A stretch of DNA of 55,675 bases, filler included, from Trypethelium eluteriae (lineage: Eukaryota): assembly GCA_051942245.1 (NCBI GenBank). It is 3 parts of 3 records of this genome, joined end to end, with 100 filler letters (N's around TTAATTAATTAA, not from the genome) between each part and the next. Parts side by side here need not be neighbours in the genome. Positions count along the whole stretch, not along the records: positions 37,200 to 55,675 come from JAVECL010000561.1; 2 more parts are not named here. The stretch is one strand, 5' to 3'. A program made the position numbers and the translations under genes. Below are positions 47,442 to 55,675 of the stretch, piece by piece. Numbering within the stretch: position 1 is the stretch's first letter; each line of letters opens with the position of its first letter. The notes beneath the pieces are model-generated. The model was not told the origin of the DNA, searched no databases, and saw nothing but the letters and a program-made list of their open reading frames with translations.

Positions 47442-48413
47442 GTGGCAAAGGACTTCGTCTTCCCCATTCGCCAGCTATCTCAAGACGCTGGAAGCACAGA
47501 AAGATTGCGCATAACGACTGAAGAACTCCCCTGACCCAATTTTGAGGCAGGCAGCAACCACATCGTATCGAGTTTCCACACTAAGATATGATAAGAAGCA
47601 CGAAAATATTGTTCTCTGGTTCAGGTAGAGCTTACTTTCGAAATAGTTGAAAGACCTTCTCCCTGAATAGACGGGATCTCTTAAGACGTCGGAAAAGTCA
47701 ATTGTCCGGGGCAAAAAGCTTCTCGACTTGTCTAAGTCAAAGATTGTGTACGTCTGTATTGAAGGAAAGCTAGTAGGTTGAAAGTACGCTGGTGGAGCAC
47801 CATTAAGCCATTCATAATTTCCTTCATTCTTTCATAAACTCACGTCATCGACGAGCTTGAGCTATTCCGCAAAAGTTAGAACTAAATGCTGGAAGAATTC
47901 CCCCGTATCGTGCCGTTTCGCAGGTCGGAGGCAGCGCGGCCGTAACCCCAAACTATTCCTGTACCACAGATTTACCTAGCTGAGGTACCCCACACTTTCC
48001 GTTCCCCGCAATATGAAGCTAGGTACTTAGGTACTTACAGGGAGGCGACATAGATCGATGACAATTATTGACCTCTTCCCCTTGAAGCGACTACTGCTCA
48101 TGGCTTGCAATGCGGCCGGCTTGCTCCATTGACTATGTGGCCGTAGGGAAGCCTCTTGCTAGTTGAACTCGAGGTGTGAATGCATCAGATTATTCTCCGC
48201 TTCCCAGCCAGTTTGGCAGAGACGGATGCGTATTCCGGGACATCGGAAGGTGCCCTTTACTTTCGAGCAGGGAGATGGTAGAAGGATGCAGATCATCTCT
48301 CCCCGCTCTGCGGAATTGAACCGGCATTGAGAGCTCAAAGATGAGGGCCTCCTCAGAACTTTCCTATCTTTCTTATCTCGCAAGCTACAGCTCCTACTTT
48401 CAGTACGATAGCT

Positions 48414-51400
48414 ATGGCGCCTGGATTGTTGCAGACAATCGGCACTGATAATCTGATCAATGGCACGAATGGCGCCGTAAAGGCAAACGGCCTCACGAAC
48501 TCACGCAAAAGATTTCCGCATGAAGACGTGCATTTTGATTCCTCCCTGAAACCCAAGAACTACCAAATCAAGGGCACATCTCCAGACTCCAAGATACTCT
48601 TCAAAGATGTCAACATTCTAGACAGCACGGGCAAGGAGCCATATCGAGGTGACGTCTTCATTCAAGGTAGCTCCCTGCAATCCAAAATCCGATGCACAGA
48701 CTAAGAATCTCCAGGCGAACGCATCCGCTACGTCGGCCATGTCCCCGATATTAACTCCCTCACAAACGATGTCACTGTCCGCATCATTCAAGGCCGTGGC
48801 CGCACACTCATGTCTGGTCTTGGCGACGCCCACACGCACTTCAGCTGGAACGAAGGAGACCTGGGCCACCTCGGCGAGCTTGGCGTCGAAGAGCACACGC
48901 TCCTCACCGCACGCAGTGCCCAAACCTACCTCGACAGCGGCTACACCATGTGCTACGGCGCCGCGTCTGCGAAAAGCCGGCTCGACTGCGTGATCCGCGA
49001 CGCGATCAACGAGGGCCAGCTGCCGGGACCGCGATATCTGGCCAATGGCAAGGAGATGGCCGTTCCTGATGGGGAGCTCGTGGCTGGGATCACGGCATTT
49101 GCTAAGGGTCCGTTGGAGATGCGGGAGACGATCAGACACCATATCGATATCGGAGTGGATCAGATCAAGTTGAGTATGAGTGGGGAGGAGATCACAGAGG
49201 TGCGCAGCGCGCAGGATTGTTACTTCAGTGATGAAGAGACGGCGGCGTGTGTGGATGAGGCGCACCGAAGAGGGGTGCGGCTATGTGCACATGCGAGGGC
49301 AAGGGATAGCGTCAAGATGTGCATTAACCATGGCGTGGACGTAATCTATCATGCGAGTTGGATTGATGAGGAGGGGATGGAGATGTTGGAGAAGAACAAG
49401 CACAAGCATATAGTGGCCCCCGGCATCAATTGGCTCATCGCGACGTTGTATGAGGCGGGATCCTTCGGTTATTCGTTCTCGAAGGCGGAGCAGGTGGGAT
49501 ATAAAAAGGAGTTGGACGCTGCGATCAAGAGTCTGACCGAGATGCATAGAAGAGGTATTTGCGTTCTTCCAGGGGGAGACTACGGATTTAAATGGACAAA
49601 ACACGGGACGTATGCGCGGGACTTAGAGCATTTCGTCAAACTTCTGGAATTCAGCCCTCTCGAAAGCGTGGTTGCTGCCACCGCCGGGGTCGCAAAATTG
49701 TTTATGCGAGAGGATGAGCTAGGCAAGATCTTACCTGGTTATTTTGCTGACTGTATCCTGGTGGATGGGAATCCCCTGGAAGATATTTCTATATTGCAAG
49801 ATCACGATAAGTTGAACGCAATCATCATCAACGGACGGATCCATAAACTTTCTCACGAAGAACTTCTACGAGACCAACCTCAGCTAGTTATGGCAGAGAA
49901 AGAGCCAGGTCTCACAAATTTTGTGGCCTACAAACTTCCTGATGGTACTAAACGGACACGAATCGGACATCTGGACCATGCCTCAAACAAAATCACCCCT
50001 CTAGCCTTTTCGTCTGGCACTCCCATATCAAGCATGCACGAAGTCTTTGCTGTGGACTATAGTTCTCTCCGTCCAGCAGGGGATGCCCTCAACAAAGATG
50101 CAATCAAACTACTTGCCCCAATTACCGGTCGTGATGTCCTGGCAGTTGGCAAGAACTATTCCGAGCATGCCAAAGAGTTCAACAAGTCCGGATACGACGC
50201 TTCGGATAACGTCGACATGCCATCTCATCCCGTCATCTTCACAAAACGAAGTACCTCTATAATTGCCCATGAGGACGAGATCCTGGCGCATCCCGAGTTC
50301 ACCTCTACGCTGGATTACGAGGGCGAAATTGGGGTCATCATTGGGAAGTCAGGATTCCGGATTGGAGAAGCTGAAGCTGATGATTACGTGTGGGGGTACA
50401 CGATTGTTAATGATTTGACTGCCCGCGAGCGGCAAAAAGAACACAAGCAGTTCTACATAGGGAAGAGCGCTGATACTTTCTGCCCGATGGGACCGATCGC
50501 GGTGCCGAGACAGGCATTGCCGAAGGTTTTAGAAGTGCAGACCCGAGTGAATGGGGAGTTGAGACAAAAAGGCACAACCGAGGACTTGATTTTCTCAGTG
50601 CCAAAACTAATTCAAACACTTTCAGAAAGTCAGACCTTAAGGCCGGGAGATGTGATAGCCACTGGTACACCAGCTGGGGTGGGCTTCGGGCTTGACCCAC
50701 CGAAGTTCTTAAGACCCGGGGATATCGTTGAGATTTCAGTCTCTGGATTGGGGACCCTTCGTAACAGAATTGCGTATCCATCCTCGGAGAACCAAGTCAC
50801 AAAGCAATTGGCTGAAACGTCACCAATTCCTATCAATAATCTATCCATTACAAACGGTGGGCTGGGGCTGACGCAAGTTGGCGACAAGAAGCTCAATGTG
50901 CGGACAATGGGCTCTGGCGATCCCATTTTTTTCGTGCATGGTCTTGGTGGTACGACAACGTATTACGAGCCGCTGATCACCGCTGCGGAATTGGCTACAA
51001 AAAAGAAGTGTATCTTGTATGACCTTGAGGGACATGGCCTATCTCCGACGAAGGCAACGTCAGTGATCACCATTCAGTCATTGGCAGATGATCTTCTCAA
51101 CCTCTTCAACCACGCCGACTTTAAAGCCCAATCCGCAGTCATAATTGCTCATTCTATGGGCTGTCTAGTTGCCGAGACATTTGCTATCCAGAACCCCCAT
51201 CTTGTTCGGCAGCTCATACTAATCGGCCCACCTCCTTCGCCTTTACCTGCGGCCGCAGGTGAAGGTTGCATCAAGCGAGCAGCTGCAGTCCGTGCAGGCG
51301 GTATGTCCGCAGTGGCATCGACCGTCGTTGCCGGGGGCACCTCAGAGAAAACCAAATCTAGCAATCCACTTGCTGTTGCGGCAGTGCACCAAAGCTTATT

Positions 51401-51659
51401 AGCGCAAGATCCAGAGGGATATGCAAAGGGGTGCACAGCGCTTGCCAGCTCTGCGCAGAGCGTCATTGACGCCGAGAAGATTGAATGCCCGACCTTGGTT
51501 GTAACAGGCGACGAAGACAAGATTTCGCCAAAAACTCATGTCGAGGCTATGACTGGTAAATTCCGCGATGGTAAATCTGTCATCCTACATGGTGTAGGCC
51601 ACTGGCATGCCTTTGAAGAAGTAAATGGGTTAAGCACCGCCATTCAGAACTTCTTGTAA
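48414..51659 (+). CDS. Tri-domain enzyme: metal-dependent amidohydrolase + fumarylacetoacetate-hydrolase family + alpha/beta hydrolase, about 1065 aa
   Basis: Intron 48667-48714. Amidohydrolase DAHTH, IKL, CAHAR, IYHAS, GGDYG; FAH VGKNY, DYEGE, NDLTAR, GKSADTF, TGTPAGVG; hydrolase HGLGG, AHSMG, GDED, GHWH. All lie in one 2.9-kb exon. Confidence 0.92.
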
Positions 51660-51663
51660 TGTC

Positions 51664-53069
51664 TTATCCGCTATATAGTGTACGCTGGTTTTGAGTTAGT
51701 ATTCTTGTAAGTTCTGGTACGCCTTCGCCTTTTGGACGACTATCAATCGTCGCAGAAGTCGGGCAAATAACTCTTTTGTCGCAGGTGACAACTCCCAAAC
51801 TTTGCTTCGTAGTAGACTCGTAGACCCAGCAAGGGGTGCCAGGAGATAAGTCGGCTATATTATCCAATCCTATTCTTGGCTCTTCGAGTTGAGCTAGGTT
51901 GCGATCCGCATGAGTAGGAGAAGCCCGCAGCTTTTGTACCTGTGCGAAGGAGTTCGGAAGACGCCATTCATGGTAAGTGACCCTCTTGCATTCTTTGGAC
52001 AATTGTGATGGAGAGCAATGTCGGTGCAATTCGTCGTCCCAGAGTTTTTGAAAGATTCTTTGCCGAAGAATGATGTCCTCCGCACTCCAAGCCTGCCAGT
52101 CGATGTACATATCATTTGGCGTTACTTTGTGAGCATGACGTAGCTCAGAAGACAGAGCCAGGCCAGTGAAAGGCTGAATCTCCTTTATAGGAGGCACGAA
52201 TAATCCCGCCTCTAGGGCTTCAACGAGCATTTTCCCTCCGATCGGTGCCAAAACTTCGAGAAGTTGGTTGGGGGTACAAGTTTCAGGATCAGGAATTGGA
52301 ATCCCAGGAGACGGCGTTTGGGCAATAATAGCGCCCTGGTCGAAGTCCTTGGGATGTAGGGTTTGGACCGTTACGCCAGTATTTTTACGTTTTTGTAGAA
52401 GAGTATGATGTAGAGGAGCAGGACCTCGTAAGCTTCCAGAGTCAACGACCGGATCCCAGAATGGATTGGAGACCCCTTACTCTGGCAACAAAGATGGATG
52501 GACATTTAGACCACCGTATTTCGCATTGTTGAGGATACGAGGCGGTACAAGAAGACCGAAGGATACTGCAATGACCAGGTTGATAGGTACACCATTAGGT
52601 TTTGGAGGCTACATATCTGGTCGGCACTCTGAACGAAATGAGAAGAACAAAAAAAGAAAAAAAAAAGTACCTGCCAGCCAGTGAATGTATCAATTTCATG
52701 CACTTGAAGCCCAAAATGCTGCGCGGCCTTTTTGATAGGAACTGGAGAGACCATACTTAGCCACCCATCACCATATAATCGCGTTCAAATCATTAAATTA
52801 CCTTCTCTCAAAGCTTTCAAGCCTCGGCCGACTCTTTTTGCAGGCCGACAGACAACATCTAGAGATTCGATTACAGTTGGTTGGGTCGCGGCATAAAACT
52901 TGTGTAAAGCCTCGAGAGACGCGACGCTGAACGCGTCTGACCCGCAAAAAAGGATACGGAGCGGCTCGTGAGCTTTAGTTGCATAGGAAAGCTTTCCCAG
53001 AAATTCTGATGGCGCTACGCGGCGGAGATGAGGCTGCCAGTATGATCTTGCCTTCCACAGGGACTGCAT
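51664..53069 (-). CDS. FMT1: Mitochondrial methionyl-tRNA formyltransferase
   Basis: LRILFCGSDAFS, INLVIAVSFGLLVPPRIL, GGLNVHPSLLP, RGPAPLHHTLL, TGVTVQTLHPKDFDQG; three introns. Confidence 0.92.
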
Positions 53070-53150
53070 AAGGAGTGCATAGAACGAAAGCTGGGAGAAG
53101 GCGTGGTGGTTGGTGGTTGGTGTTTGCTCTTTCCCGCGCCAACGCTATCC

Positions 53151-53207
53151 AATGACTTCACTTCCGTCGAATGACTTCATTTCGATGGAATGATTTCATT
53201 TCGCCGC
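53151..53207 (+). repeat. Three tandem 19-bp units in the FMT1/CCZ1 divergent promoter
   Basis: AATGACTTCACTTCCGTCG / AATGACTTCATTTCGATGG / AATGATTTCATTTCGCCGC. Confidence 0.8.
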
Positions 53208-53227
53208 CCCTTTCAATATGATGAACC

Positions 53228-55675
53228 ATGCCAGACGGAAGTTCACAATGGAACGGCAAGATCCAGCCCGCCCAGCTTGCATTTCTCGCCATCTACTGTC
53301 CAGAACTTGGTCTCACGGACGAGACTTTCCGCGATCAGATCGTCTTCTACTATTCACGGGCTGCGCAGCAGAGTCGCAGATCAAAGACGCGATCAACCGG
53401 TGAAGATCATGAACTGCATGAGCAAGAAAATGAGAAGCTTCGCCAGATTGGATTGGCGCAGGGGATGGTTAATTTTGCGAGGTAAAGATATCACAGATGG
53501 AGCCATTAACGCGTGCAACTGATTACGACTTAGAGCATTCTCCAATGACGAGCCTGTCGAGTCTATCGAGACTGAAAAGTCAAGGATAGCCCTTCACGAG
53601 CTGGAGAAGGGTTGGTGGATTCTAGCAGTACGGCCTCGCACATATAGACATTACCGCCTCTGCTAACTGCAAACCCAGTCAATTGACCTCACGCGCATTC
53701 CCACAAGCCCTTCAAAACAACCGCCCGCTGGACTTACGGAGCATACTGACGGGGCATCGAATGTCGAGTATTCATCTCGAGAAGTTGCCTCGTCCCAATT
53801 GCTGATACAGGACCTCATTCGCGCCCACTCTGTTTTCCTCCTCCATCATGGACCGTCTCTCAGCTCGCTTTACGGGAGGCTGACACGTCAAAAATTTTGC
53901 AATGTCTTGAGCAGATTTTGGACGCATTTTGCCCAGCAGTGGGACGTTCTCCTTCATGGCAATCCTGCCGCAGACGTATTTGGAGGGATAAAATTAGCTG
54001 CTGGAGGAGAACTCGGTTTTGGAGTAGGCGAAGAAGAGTGGGGCAGTGGCGAACGTGAGGTGCTGGAGGACTTGGTCGGCAGAACAGAAGGCCTTGTGGA
54101 CGTTATCGTCTCGCGATTTGGAGAACCAGCTCCCGGCGAAGATGTTGATTCACAGACATCAAAGAAGCACCATTCGCGCTCAAACGCCTGGCTTGGATAC
54201 GGCGGCGATCCTGATGCTGCAGATGGTGTTATATTTGGAGGTCTTGGCAATTTGAACAGATCATCCCTTTGTGATGTTTCACATTGGATAGCGACAATTT
54301 ATCGACATGGAGAGTGCGCGTACGGCGTAGGTCAAAACCCTCATTCCGACAGGCGAAGACGCCGTAGGCGCAACATGGAAAATCCCTCAAATGGGAATAT
54401 CAAAATAGCGAAGACAAGGAATTCACAAACTCATGCGCAACGTGGCGAGGCGGCTGAAGATGCAGCCTCTTCCAAAACGGCCGCCAAGACCCAACAACCT
54501 GCACCTCCAGGCATTCCTCGTCCAATTGTTTCTGCTGCAGAATCAGCTCTGAATAATGCGCTATCGTCTGCAGATGCGCACCGTTCAGGCGAGGCAGAAA
54601 AGGAGAACAAAGGAAGCGTCCACAAACGGCCAGCGGTTTTTTCATCAGGCTCATGGATGAGGGTATTGACCCTCGGCTATGTGGGCTCGCCAACATCAGC
54701 AAAGACAGAGAGGTCTGATGAGAGATCTGGACCAGCTGAGGCCCCTTTCGAGCAGCACTCAGGGGAGGGACCTTTAACACAGCTAGACCCAGCTCCAGAT
54801 GGCGCCAGTGAGGAGCACCAGCGCCTTCTGCAGGAGCAACAAGAATCTTCCGGATACTTCCTCATTGGCCTAAAGGGCGATTTGACAAATACCGAGAGAG
54901 GACATGATGATGAAAGTGAGGCCGAGGAATCAGGGAACAGACTATTTCTTCGTACGCTCTATGTCAAACTAGCCAAGAGTACTTACGCCGCCGAAGTGGA
55001 AAGATCACTCTCCCGGAATACCAGCTACGACCGCAACACTGAAGCCTCCGCAAGCACAACTGACACTGTGGGAGAGGAAAGGAAGCGGCTTCAAGTCATT
55101 ATTTACGTCCACCGCCCATTCATCTACGCCTTCCTCTTCGATCCCCACACAGACTCTCTTTCCATCCCCTCATTTTATCGCTCTCTCGCCGCCCATCTCC
55201 GGCCCCTCCACAAACCCCTCTGTCGCAACACCTCCCCCGCCACCGTTCGCACCTGCGTCGAATCCGCCCAATCATCCGCCGCAAAGACCACCAGCTCCTC
55301 CCCAAATCCAGCCAACCACACAAACCACCAGCGCATCTACGACCTCATCTACGACCCCGTCACCTTAACCACCCACACCAGCCTCCCCAACATCCCCTCT
55401 CCAGGCGCTACTGCCTCCACCGCAACTGCGCTCACCTCAACCTCCGCAGAAGACGAGCTCGCACGTCTCGACCATTCCTGGACCCGCGTCGAGGCGCTCA
55501 ACGTCCACACGCAGATCCTGCACATCTTGGAGTCAACGCGCCGGGCGCCGCGCGAGATCGAGCGCACGTGCAAGACGAGTCGCGGGTGGTGGGTCGTCTG
55601 GATGCGTATGGCGCCTAAAAAGGAGGAGGGAGGGAGAGGGGAGGAGGGTCCAGCGGGAGATCAGGAGGATGTGGC
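53228..55675 (+). CDS. CCZ1: Vacuolar fusion protein Ccz1 (longin domains), 3' truncated
   Basis: PAQLAFLAIY, DQIVFYY, NEKLRQIGLAQGMVNFAR, ELEKGWWILA, EYSSREV, WDVLLHGNPA, GVGEEEWGSGEREVLE, WTRVEALNVH, KTSRGWWVVWMR. Confidence 0.9.

Overview
Filamentous ascomycete (Pezizomycotina) nuclear DNA with short GT-AG introns. The window is not one locus: it is three contigs (1-18522, 18623-37099, 37200-55675) joined by artificial 100-nt N44-TTAATTAATTAA-N44 spacers, apparently in size order. Contig 1 has an accessory, immunity-like island between a DUF3445 gene and SSF1. It holds a frameshifted F-box gene and two head-to-head gene pairs. Pair 1 is a NACHT-C2H2 protein whose last exon looks like a captured Med12/Srb8 fragment, facing a Rad5/16-like SNF2 ATPase. 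Pair 2 is a trypsin-fold protease (H/D/GDCG) fused in frame to a 14-TM MFS transporter, facing a Cys-rich protein with a C-terminal membrane segment. Contig 2 has a terpene cluster (monofunctional PaFS-like cyclase, two P450s, one with a nonsense codon, and an SDR), a kinase-like pseudogene, a CorA-like gene, a HIRIP3-like gene and a truncated AP-1 beta gene. Contig 3 has nuclear ATP9, an intronless Upf1-like helicase with one in-frame TGA, an SV2-like MFS, SLX9, an amidohydrolase-FAH-alpha/beta-hydrolase triple fusion, FMT1 and a partial CCZ1. The best candidate for a new system is the paired sensor/executor genes with integrated host-derived domains in contig 1. Family assignments come from remembered motifs and manual splicing, not from database searches.
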